The notes beneath the pieces are model-generated. The model was not told the origin of the DNA and did no database searches. It saw only the letters and a list, made by a program, of their open reading frames with translations. 64,000 nt of DNA, from positions 129,518,001 through 129,582,000 of the forward strand of contig NC_091980.1 in NCBI RefSeq assembly GCF_044704955.1. Reading direction: 5' to 3'. Below, in pieces: positions 30,140-41,669 of the stretch. Both the position numbers and the translations under genes were made by a program. This stretch comes from Pristiophorus japonicus (lineage: Eukaryota). The number at the start of each line of letters is the position of its first letter. The stretch's first letter is position 1.

Positions 30140-30585
30140 TCTTGTGGCGGAGATGCGCTTAGAGATCGTGGCGGAAGTGCGGCGAATGTTTGACAGAGGA
30201 GCAGAGAATGTTTGTGGTGGAGGAGCGGCGAGAGATCGTGGCGTAGGTGCGGTAAATGTGGGTACGGTGCCCAGAAGAGCGGAAGACCCAAGGGCAGCAA
30301 GGGCCAGACCACACTGTGATATGTGTGCGCACTAGGTCCATGCACAGAGCAGGCCTCCAGGTCATCTTGGTTACCACTCGCCACGGGATAAAGGCCTAGC
30401 TCGGTCAAGCCCGTGTGGTGGCTGATGTGCAATTCTAACCACGATAATAAAATCCACACACAGGCATCTTACACCCCTTCAATTGGAGTTCAGGACTAGA
30501 ACATCGGGTCCTTCATTGAGAGATCTATGATCTCCTGTGAAAGCAAGTCATCCTTGTTCGAGGGACTGTATATGATGCTGATGAT
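30140..30585 (+). mobile_element. Non-autonomous RTE-tailed element/SINE
   Basis: Homologous to 5882-6364; ends gcaagtcatcc..gagggactg..atgatgctgatga. Confidence 0.65.
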
Positions 30586-31249
30586 TTATCCAATGTTTAT
30601 AAATTAATTTGTTGAGAACTGCAGTGAGTGAAATGAAATTGCCGTCTTCAGTCATTCCTCTCTCAAAGTTTCCAGTCACCTTATCCGATCTTTGCTATTG
30701 TATGAAACTTCATAAATTGCAAAGGAAGCTTCTCACCACCTTGGGCTTTCTGTGCCTATCACCATCCCTACTCCCCACAGGGAGTGACACTGAATTCAAA
30801 GAGATCCTGTGCAAAGTATGAATCAAAGGTTCCCCCAGATTCCGTAACCACAGGCCTGAATCAAAGTCTCTGGTGCCTACCTGGGTGGCCATTGAGTGTG
30901 ACCATGTGATGTCCATCAGTTTGCTCAAAGCCCTTTGTGACTGCATCATAGATCCTTCAACCAATACAGGTATAAATACCCGATACATTTTCGGTTCAGG
31001 TGGTTCAACATTCTCTCTCTATCCACTCTATCAAAACTTTTCATAATTATAAGTACCAGTGGTATGATTGGTGGCTCTTGATCTGAATCACTGCCACCCC
31101 CTCTGACCCATCTAAAACAGAGTTTTAATCCAAGCGAACGCGTCTCATCAGCTAATCCAGGACTGAACCACTTCTGCACTGAAACCAGACATCACGGCTT
31201 TGGATCTCAGAGAAACACCAACATGAAAGGCAAAGGACCAGAGAGGAGA

Positions 31250-31945
31250 GATGAGAATTGTTTTTACACAGCGAGTTGTTGTGATCTGGAACACACTGCC
31301 TGAAAGGGCAGTGGAAGCAGATTCAACAGTAACTTTGAAAAGGGAATTGCATATATAGGAGAAAAGAAAAACATTGCAGGGCTATGGTGAAGGAGCTGAG
31401 GAGTGGGACTAATTGGATCACTCTTTCAAAGAGCCTGCAAAGGCACAATGGGCTAAATGGCCTCCTTCTGTGCTGTATGAATCTATAATGAGGCACAGTT
31501 ACAGAACAACTGAAGAGGGTGTAAAAAAGATTTACAAGGATGATACCAGAAATGTGAGGGTATACCTATCAGGAAAGGATGAACAGGCTGAAGGTGGCCT
31601 AATAAAGGTCCTTACAATTATGAAAGCTTTGAAAGAGAGAATGTTTCCACTTGTGGGGTAGAGCAAAACTAGAGGCCATCAATATAAGATAGTCACCAAG
31701 AAATCCAATAGGGAATTCAGGAGAAATTTATTTACGCAGAGAGTGGTGAGATTATGGAACTCACTACCACAGGGAGTGGTTTAGGTGAATAGTAGGGAAG
31801 CATTTAAAGGGAGGCGAGACAAGCATAAGAGGGAGAAGGGAATAGAGGCTTTTTCTGATAGATTTGGACAATGAAAGACGGGAGGCTCGAGTGGAGCACA
31901 AACACCGGCATGGGCTGGTTGGGTTGAATGGCCTGTTTTCCAAAG
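31250..31945 (+). mobile_element. Two adjacent CR1 3'-end fragments; truncated homologs at ~1710-2045 and ~45650-46130
   Basis: tttacacagcgagttg..tctggaac..ctgcctgaaag..aatggcctccttctgtgctg and cagagagtggtgag..tggaactcactacc..gaatggcctgt. Confidence 0.65.
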
Positions 31946-32110
31946 CTCTGATTGGCTCTGGGCCTCAACCTCCCGCCCCTAAACCCCCTCTCCTTTGTTA
32001 ATTGGTGCTTGGATTGAAGGGAGATTCCTGATTGGCTATCAGGGATTGTCAATCATCATTGGTGCTGTCATTCCGTGTGTGAATGCAGGCTGCCCCAGTA
32101 GTATAAATAC
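31945..32110 (+). promoter_or_regulatory. Ferritin D promoter: four inverted CCAAT boxes, GC box, TATAAA at 32102
   Basis: tgattggc, cccgcccc, aattggt, tgattggc, cattggt, gtataaatac. Confidence 0.7.
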
Positions 32111-32165
32111 AGGTGCATGTGAGAGAAAGGATTAGTTCTTGAATTGTGCAGTAATATACATAGTC

Positions 32166-34443
32166 ATGATGGCCTCCCAAGTGTGTCAGAACTACCACAA
32201 GGACTGTGAGGCTGCTGTCAACAAGCAGATCAACATGGAGCTCTGTTCCTCCTATGTTTACCTCTCCATGGTGAGTCTTGTATTCCTTGTTGCTGCATTC
32301 TGAAAAGTTGGATATTCTCCAGTCCCATGAACTGGCTTTAAGCTGTATTTCCCTGAACTTCCTTCCCTGGGAGAGCAGAGTCTTTGGGCAGTGAAGACTT
32401 CAGGTGTGTAATACAGACGAACTTGTTGAGTTAATGGACTGCTCCCTGTAGCAGTTGCCCTCTTGAGGTTTAATATCTGAAACCAGCTCTGCTGCTGCCT
32501 GAGTGTGTGACAGAAGAGCACAAACCTGATCAGGGGCCTGTTGACCTGAAACAATGTTCAGTTTCATTGGGGGGACTGTTGTGAGTGAAATGTGGGCAGG
32601 TTTTCACGAGTGTTCTCATTAATTGGAGGTGAAGTACTGAGAATCCTGGTGTTGGAGCCTTGCTGAGATCTCTATTACACTATTACTGTGTAAACTACTG
32701 GAGTGGAGGATTTTTCTCACTCCATGTCCAATCTTGGATTAGAATGGAAGAATAATTTCTATAGTGCCTTTCACTACCTTGGCATGTCCTAAAGTGCTAT
32801 GTAGTCAATGAAGGTGTTAAGTGTAGTTACCTGTTATGTGGAACATATGAGCAGGAGTGAGTGTAGGCCATTTGGACCCTCATGCTTGCTCTGTCGTGCA
32901 ATCATCTTCCTCAACTCTACTATCCTGCACTGTCCCCATATTGCTTGATTCCCTAAATATCCAATGATCGTATTGATCTGTTTTGAATATGCTCAACTGC
33001 TGAGCTATTACAGCCCTCCGGGGTAGTGAATCACCACCCACAGAGGGAATTTCTCATTATCAATCCTAAATGGCTGACCCTTGGTTCTCGACTCCCCAGC
33101 CAGGGGAAGAAACCTTCCGACATCTCCACACACCAGCCCTGTAAGAATTTTGAATGTTTCCCTGAGATCCTCTTTCTCTGGAAGAATGGAGGCCTAATCT
33201 ACTCAATTTCTTGATCTTTCACATCCACCTGAGGACAGACACAGCCTTTGTTAACAGTGTTTGTGAATGATGGGAAGTATTACTTGTTCAAGAGTAGAAT
33301 TGAGTTTGATTTGACATCTTTCATCCTGTTATTGGGAGGAGCAGCTATCCAACTTCGATTAGTGAAGCGAATTGCACTTAAGCTAGTTCACAAATGGTTG
33401 GTATTTTTGTAAGATTAAGAATTCACTAACTGCCGGGGGGGGTATAATCTTGCATTATCTATGTCTGAAGAAGCTGTTTAAAATTCTCTCTGCAGTCTTT
33501 CTACTTTGACCGGGATGATGTTGCCCTGTGTCATTTTGCTGAGTTCTTCAAGGAGCAGTCACATGAGGAATGAGAAACTGATGCAATTCCAGAATCGACG
33601 TGGAGGCCGGATCATCTTGTCTGACATCAAGGTTTGCTTCAATAAATAACCGGCTTTCTTTCTGGATTTGATTCCATGGTCCTGGTGGTGGAATGCAATA
33701 ATTGCATCATCCTGTGACACATTGTTTATGGTTACCTGGATGTCTGGTTGCTTTTTCACTTGTCTTCCTTCTACTTTCTCATGTATTTTGTTTAATTGAT
33801 TGCAAGTGAATGGCCTGTGACTTTCCTCTTCAGAAACCAGAGCAGGATGAGTGGAGCAATGGTCTGGAGGTGATGCAGAGAGCTCTGCAGATGGAGAAGA
33901 ATGTGAACCAGAGTCTGCTGGATCTGCACAAACGCTCCACTGGGAGCACTGACCCTTATGTAAGTGTCTCATGTGGGTTTCTGGGTAATTTGGAGGTCGT
34001 GGAACATTGCTGTCCTCAAGCCTACACCAAAGATCTCTGCCCAATAGTGTTGTGTTGGGGTTTCTCTCCTGGGTTCTTCAGTTAATTGGGGAGAGGACCG
34101 GGAGGTTGGCCTACTGTGGACATGAATGTGTTTCCAGGATTTAAGTACCCATTGTACAGAGTTACTGGATCATTAAAGCAAATTTACATCAATCTTAATT
34201 ACCCCATTAGACGATGCCCCAGTCCAAGAGGATTAAAATCACAACTTTCAGATACTGGCCATAACTTGTTTTCCTCTTCTCCTTCAGTTGTGTGACTTCC
34301 TGGAGACCCACTACTTGGATGAACAAGTAATGATGATCAAGAAGTTTGGAGATCACATCACCAACCTGAAGAGACTGGGAGCCCCTGAGAATGGCATGGG
34401 GGAATACCTGTTTGACAAGCATAGCCTTGGAGAGAGTGACTGA
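32166..34443 (+). pseudogene. Ferritin copy D: exons 32166/32169-32270, 33496-33631, 33834-33959, 34288-34443; frameshift in exon 2
   Basis: gaggaa|tgagaaactg versus gaggaacgtgagcatgctgagaaactg in F: 11-nt deletion removes the R-E-H ferroxidase segment and puts TGA at 33571; other exons and splice sites intact; aataaa at 34564. Confidence 0.88.
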
Positions 34444-36896
34444 AGCTTGTGTTCAGTCCCTGTGTTAATATAATTGAGGAACCCACCCCTCCAATTCTGC
34501 AGGGAATGGGGGCTTGTGACTTTGTACAAAGAGCTGAGACCTGGGCTCTTGATGTGAAATGTAAATAAACTGTTCAGTGCTGTCTCCTGTTTTTTGTCTC
34601 CTTGTAAATTTGAATGAGTGGTTGCTTATTTTCAGATTAACTTTAGGCCAGAATTACACGGGGCTCTGTATCCACTTTATTGCCCTCGCTCCTTCTCGTG
34701 CAAGTCTGATTTTTGTCTGGATTATCAGGCTCCTGCTTTGAAGATCTAATTTAATTCACAATTTGCATCTGAGCCACAGGTGACACTGTTGGACAAAGAG
34801 GAAGGTTTTAAGGAGTGTCAGAGGTGGGGGAGAGAATTTTTAGGAAGGGAATTCTAGAACTTGGCCCAATTCTCTCTGCCATTTGCATCAACAGCAACTC
34901 TCTCTTTAATCCCTCAATACAACAAAATATCAGCTGCTATAATGTTGAGAAACTCTCTGTACATTTTAACAATGAAGTAGTGTTGCACCATTTCATTCCA
35001 TGGATCAATCCTATTAAGAATGGTAAGTACCCTAGGAAAGCACTTTACGTAGTATTTCTTCAAAAAATGAGCTTGTACCAATCTGACTGAGTTACTCTTG
35101 TGGGATATGCTGCAGTTTGCTCACTTAACCAACTCATTGCTGCTGTTGTCAGCTTTGTGGGTAAAATAGCAGTGTGGTGTCAGAGCTCATTGTGACAGCT
35201 CCTGGAACACATGGTACTGAAGGCAACTACAATTGGGTACTTGGGAAAGTAATCTGAAACATAATTACTCCAGTTGCGGTGGAAATGTGTAAATTTCTGG
35301 GCGGGAGAGGATACAACTTGGTTCTGAAAATATTTCACCTTCCTCGCCAACCCCCTTCCACACGCTCTCAAGTAAGGTATTGAAGGGTGAGTTATACCTT
35401 TGGACCTGAACTCCCACTCTAGACAATCCATCTGTATGGAGTAAATGTATTTCATTAAATGCGTAAAACAAATATCTTACAAAATAAAGCAAGTTAAATC
35501 GATATTTCTCTGGCGCGAAGCACTCTTCCCCCTCTTTCTGAACCCCCCCGCCACCAAGCTCCATCAATTTACAAACTCAATACCATGAGTGTTATGTATT
35601 AAACCCCTTGCAACCTGCATCACAGCTGACTATCAGAGGATCCACCCGTTGCAGTCCCAAGGGATTCCAGTATTCTGTGGTAGCTCAGTATATAAGCAGT
35701 CCACCTACGAGGTACCTGCACTCTGGAATTGTAATAAAGGAGCTAAGGTCACACTTGCTCATTGCACACAATACTCAGTCTCAGCATTTATTACGAGTTT
35801 AACAATGGGCGATGAGGTAACGAGCACCTGCGCGAAAATGCTAAGAACAGTCGGCATCCTGGAGAAGTTGTATGATTGGGAGGTCTTCGTGGAGAGACTC
35901 AAGCAATACTTTGTGGCCAATGAGCTAGAAGGGGACGAGAATGCCATCAAACAAAGGGCGCTCCTCCTAACTTTCTGTGGGGCAACAAACTATGGCATCT
36001 TGAAGGATCTACTGGCCCCGGCAAAAGCAACAGAGAAATCCTACGAAGAATTGTGGTCCGGGAGCACCTAAATCCTAAGGAAAGCATTTTGATGGCGAGA
36101 TATCGGTTCTACACTTGTCAATGATCGGAGGGCAAGGAAGTGGCGAGCTATGTCGCTGAACTAAGGCGCCTCGAATGACATTGTGAGTTTGAGAGATTCC
36201 TAGAACAAATGCTCATTGACTTTTTTGTACTGGGCATCGGACATGAGACAATCCTTCGCAAACTGTTGACTGTAGAAACTCCGAACCTCAGTAAAGCCAT
36301 AACGATAGCCCAGGCACTTAGGTCCACCAGCGACAAAACTAAGCAGATTTCACAGAAAAAAAAGTTTCTGCCAGTACTTTGCATAAAGTAACATCGGTCT
36401 CGAGCAGAAATGTACATGGCTGAACGTACACGCCGGCTGCTGTGGCCCGACCTCAATTGACCCAGAATCCGCCATCATCTGTTAATGCGAGGCAGTTTAC
36501 ACCATGTTGGCGCTGTGGAGGTGATCATCAGCCCCATGCATGCAATAGTTGCAGAACTATGGGACACCTCCAATGAATGTGCAGGCGAGCTGCAAACTCT
36601 GCAAATACTGCAAACCACCACATTGCAGAGGAAGATCGATCCACAGTGGATCAGACTGAATTGGAAACTCGTACTGAGGAGGCAAAAATGTCCAGGGTAC
36701 ACACATTCATGATAAACTGCCCACCTATTATGTTGAAAGTTGAACTGAATGACATTCCAGTAACTATGCGGCTGGACACGGGGACAAGTCAGTCCATAAT
36801 GAGTAAAAAGGCCTTTGACAAGCTGTGAGGAAAGAAAGCACACAGGCCCAAGCTCAGCCCCAATCACACTAAACGAAGGACTTATACCAAGAAACT

Positions 36897-39800
36897 TGTG
36901 GTGTCTCAGCACTGTACTATAAAGTCACACGAGGCATGTACTGCAGACAAGGTCACTACATGACCTGCACCTTTATTCCCAGGACCACAGAGTGCTGAGC
37001 CTGCGTGGAACCTCCCTTTAAGTACTTGGCTGCCCAGGTGAGGAGTGTCTCCTACAAGTTCACCCCCTGTGGTCAAGGCGTGTATTTCACAGTTGTGTAC
37101 AGTGTACAGTGTACAGTGTTGTTACATATTGGTTACAGTTATGTGAAGGTTACAAACATGACATCACCTCCCCCCTAATGTCTTTGGGTCAAAGATTGAG
37201 TCTTTCAGGCGGTCGACGCTCTCTCGTGGAGCGCCGCAGTTGTGGCTCTGGTGGTTGAACTGTGGCATGTATCTCTGTCGCCTGAGTTGGCTCCAGCCTG
37301 TCCGGCCTGGCTGCAGGGACTGTGCATGCTGTTGAATGTCCTTGTTGCTCGTTCACTGGCAGTGGTGTGGTTGACATCCCATAGTCTTCTTCAGGTTCCT
37401 CAGTGTCCATGCTGAACCTTTTCTTTACCTGGTCCAGATGTTTGCGGCATATCTGCCCATTGTTTAGTCTGACCACTGTGACCCTATTCCCCTCTTTGCC
37501 TATTACAGTGCCCTCAAGCCACATGGGTCCCAATGCGTTATTGAGAACGAATACAGGGTCATTGATTTCTGTGCATCTCCCCACTGGGTTGCGATCATGG
37601 CACTCGATTTGGGACTGGCGCTTGCCCTCAACAATGTCCGACAGAGCAGGATGAATGAGGGACAGCCGCATTTTAAGCATGTGTTTCATGAGTAGTTCCG
37701 CCAGCGGGACTCCCGTGAGTGAATGCGGGCGGGACATATAGGCCAGCAGGAGGCGCGATAGGCGGTACTGAAGAGAGGGTCCTTGAATCCGGAGCATGCC
37801 CTGTTTTATGATTTGAACCGCACATTCCGCATGGCCGTTGGAAGCCGGCTTGAACGGCGCTGTCCTGACGTGTTTGATACCATTACCCGACATAAACTCC
37901 TGGAATTCATAGCTCGTAAAACACGGGCCATTGTCGCTAACTAGGATGTCTGGCAAGCCGTGGGTCGCAAATACCGTGCGCAGACTCTCCACAGTGGTGA
38001 ATGTCGTGCATGGATTCAATATGATGCACTCGATCCATTTCGAGTATGCATCGACAACAATCAGGAACATTTTTCCCATAAACGGGCCCACATAGTCGAC
38101 GTGAATGCGTGACGATGGCTTGGTGGGCCAGGGCCATGGGCTGAGGGGGGCCACCCTCGGGGCATTTCCCAACTGAGCACACGTCGTGCACCTACGAAAA
38201 CAGTGTTCCAGGTCTGAGTCAATTCCCGGCCATGATACATGTGACCGGGCAATGGCCTTCATGAGCACAATGCCTGGGTACTCGCTGTGGAGTTCCCTGA
38301 TGAAGGCTTCCCTTCCTTTCTGGGGCATGACCACCCGGCTGCCCCATAATAGGCAGTCGGCTTGGATGGAGAGTGAAACGGTCTGACCTCCTTGGGGCAC
38401 ACTCCGTGTGCAGGCGCCCAATCCCCAGTCAGGACACATTTCTTTATCAGTGATAGGAGGGGATCTCTGTTGGTCCAGATTTTGATCTGACGGGCTGTGA
38501 TGGAGGAGCCTGCGCTGCCGAAAGCATAAACGGCCATGACCTTCTCTGCACTTTACTCCGATGTCCCCTCAATAGTCGTCAGTGGGAGCCTGCTGAGTGC
38601 ATCAGTGCAATTTTCGGTGCCTGGTCGGTGCCGTATGGTGTAATCATACGCAGCCAGCGTGAAAGCCCATCGCTGTATGCGAGCTGACGCATTGGCATTG
38701 ACAGCCTTGCTGTCGGACAACTAGGATGTTAACGGCTTGTGGTCCGTTTCTAACTCGAACCTTCTGCCAAAAAGGTACTGGTGCATCTTTTTTACCCAAT
38801 AGACACATGTGAGTGCTTCCTTTTCAAACATCCCATATCCTCGTTCTGCCTGGGAGAACGACCTGGAGGCAAAAGCCACAGGTTGAAGTTTTCCCTCATC
38901 ATTACTCTGCTGCAACACACACCCAACCCCACAGGATGATGCATCACACGTTAAAACCAGTTTCTTACAGGGCTTGTATAAGGTCAACAGCTTATTGAAC
39001 AAAGCAGGTTCCGCGCCCGATTGAAAGCCCGTTCCTGACAGTCCCCTCAAAACCATTCGCAACCCTTACGCAAGAGCACATGTAGTGGCTCCAACAATGT
39101 ACTTAAGTTCGGCAGAAAATTCCCGAAGTAGTTTAAGAGTCCCAGGAATGACCGCAACTCCGATGTGTTGCCAGGCCGCAACGCACGACGGATCGCCTCC
39201 GTTTTAGATTCGGTAGAATGGATCCCATCTGCGGCAATCCTCCTGCCCAAAAACTCGACATCTGGGGCCAAAAACACACAATTGGACTTCTTTAGTCGCA
39301 AGCCTATTTGGTCCAGTCGGCGTAGCACCTCCTCCAGGTTGTGGAGGTGTTCCTCGGTGTCTCAACCCGTGATGAGGATGCCATCTTGGAATACGATTGT
39401 GCCAGGAATGGATTTAAGCAAGCTTTCCATGTTCCTCTGGAAGCTAGCGGCTGCTGATCGAATGCCAAACGGACACCTTTGTAAACAAATAGCCCCTTGT
39501 GCGTAGTGATGGTGGTTAGTAGCTTGGACTCATCCGCCAGTTCCTGGGTCATGTAGGCTGAAGTGAGGTCCAACTTGGTGAACAATTTACCACCTGCTAG
39601 CGTGGCAAAAAGATCCTCCGCTCTTGGAAGCGGGTATTGGTCCTGTAGTGACACTTGGTTGATGGTGGCCTTGTAGTCGCCACAAATCCTGACCGAGCTA
39701 GCCGCTTTAAGGACAGGGACGATGGAGCTTGCCCAGTCACTGAATTCAACAAGCGATATTATGCCCTCTCTTAGCAGCCTGTCCAACTTCCTCTCAATTT

Positions 39801-41669
39801 TCTCACGCATCACATTCGGCACGGCTCTGGCTTTGTGGTGCACTGGACTGATGCGTATCACTACTTTGGCGCCCTTGAAAGTCCCGACACCAGGGTGAAA
39901 TAGTGATTCAAATTTCTGGAGGACCTGTGAGCATGAACTTCGCTCCACAGATGAAATGGCGTGCACATCCCCCCATTTCCAGTTCATCTCGGCTCGCCAG
40001 TTCCTCCCAAAAAGCGCAGGACCAATTCTCCGGGACAATCCAGAGTGGCAGCCCGTTCTCTGATCCATTATGTGTGACCACCAAATTTGCACTGCCGAGC
40101 ACTGGGATGATCTCTTTGGTGTACATTCGTAATTGCGTCTCAATGCGTTCTAGTTTGGGTCTGCTAGCTTTATGTGGCCATAGTCTTTCGAATTGTTGGA
40201 CACTCATAAGTGACTGTCTAGCTCCTGTGTCCAGCTCCATGTGTACAGGGATGCCATTTAATAGAACTTTCATCATCATAGGCGGCGTTTTAGTGTATGA
40301 GCTGTGGATGTCTGCCACATGAACCCGCTGAACTTCAGCATCCATGGCTGTGCCCCAAGCATCCAACTGCCTTGCAGACTCTTCATCTGGTTCCTCTGCC
40401 TCGTAAATTAACCTCGCTATGGGTTTTCTACACATTCTGGCCAAATGTCCCTTGAAATTGTAGCTATTGCAGATAAATTGTTGAACCCTGCAGGTTTTCA
40501 CAGTGTGTCTGCCACCGCACCTCCAGCATGAGCTGAGATTGTTGTGGACAAATGGACTGTTACCAGGCATTCCTCTCTGATTGTCTCTTTGATTACTTCT
40601 GATCACTCTGTTGCTGAGTGTCAATGGTCCCATCCCGGGACGCATTGTCCCTTGTGATGGTGTGAATTGCCGATCCTCCTGCCATTGTCTCTGTTGCTGT
40701 CCCACCCTGGAATCTGTTGCTGCCTGGGCAGTGTCGAATTGCTCTTGCCTGCCTGAGCGGTGTCGAATTGCCCTTGCCTGCCTGCGGGGTTCTGTGTCTT
40801 TTTTACCATTAACTCCCTGATTCATCACCACGTTGAAACCAGGGCTGTGCACCTAAACTATCTTGGTCTCCCCTTCCCCTGCTAAGAAGGTCTGAGCTAT
40901 CAAAACTGCACTTTGCAAAGTCAAGTCCTTGGTCCCAATAAGCTTCCTGAAAAACCCGGCATGACCAATGCCCTCACTGAAGAAATCCCTTAACATCTCC
41001 CCGCTGTCGGCATCTGTGAATTTACAGAGGCTAGCTAAACGCCGAAGGTCTGCAACGAAGTCTGGTATGCTTTGTCCCTCCTGACGTCTGTGTGAATAGA
41101 ATCGGTGTCGGTCCATTTGTACGCTGCTCGCTGGTTTGAGGTGCTCGCCGATCAGTTTACTGAGCTCCTCAAAGGTTTTGTTGCCAGCTTCTCAGGTGTG
41201 AGCAGGTCTTTCATCAGCGCATACGTCTTAGACCCACAGCTGGTAAGTAGGTGCTGCCTTCACTTGTCGGCTGCTGCCTCTCCCAGCCAGTCCTTCGTGA
41301 CAAAGTTCTGCTGGAGCCTCTCAACGAAATCGTCCCAGTCCTCACCAACACAGTACCTTTCATGGTGGCCATCCTCGTGAGTCGTTAATTCGCGTTTCCC
41401 GTCGCCAAATGTGGTGTCTCTGCACTGTACTATAAAGTCATACGAGGCTTGTCCTGCAGACAAGGTCACTACATGACCTGCACCTTTATTCCTAGGACCA
41501 CGGAGTGCTGAGCTTGCGTGGAACCTCCCTTTAAGTACCTGGCTGACCAGATGAGGAGTGTCTCCTACAAGTTCACCCACTGTGGTCAAGGTGTGTATTT
41601 CACAGTTGTATACAGTGTACAGTGTTGTTACATATTGGTTACAGTTATGTGAAGGTTACAAACATGACA
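36897..41669 (-). mobile_element. Nested Gypsy LTR retrotransposon; LTRs 36897-37163 and 41410-41669
   Basis: LTRs differ by about 13 substitutions and one 7-nt indel (by eye); PBS tttggcgacggg; PPT; TSD aaact/gaact splitting host codons YTK|ELIP; gag CWRCGGRH, protease LDTGA, RT, RNase H, integrase. Confidence 0.95.
37189..38439 (-). CDS. Open integrase reading frame of the nested Gypsy element
   Basis: 416-aa ORF with LHSEYPG..CTTC zinc-finger region and IHVDY..VSDNG..SNGHAE DDE core; upstream pol is frameshifted so it is unlikely to be expressed normally. Confidence 0.6.
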   Translation of the reverse strand: MCPDWGLGACTRSVPQGGQTVSLSIQADCLLWGSRVVMPQKGREAFIRELHSEYPGIVLMKAIARSHVSWPGIDSDLEHCFRRCTTCAQLGNAPRVAPLSPWPWPTKPSSRIHVDYVGPFMGKMFLIVVDAYSKWIECIILNPCTTFTTVESLRTVFATHGLPDILVSDNGPCFTSYEFQEFMSGNGIKHVRTAPFKPASNGHAECAVQIIKQGMLRIQGPSLQYRLSRLLLAYMSRPHSLTGVPLAELLMKHMLKMRLSLIHPALSDIVEGKRQSQIECHDRNPVGRCTEINDPVFVLNNALGPMWLEGTVIGKEGNRVTVVRLNNGQICRKHLDQVKKRFSMDTEEPEEDYGMSTTPLPVNEQQGHSTACTVPAARPDRLEPTQATEIHATVQPPEPQLRRSTRERRPPERLNL

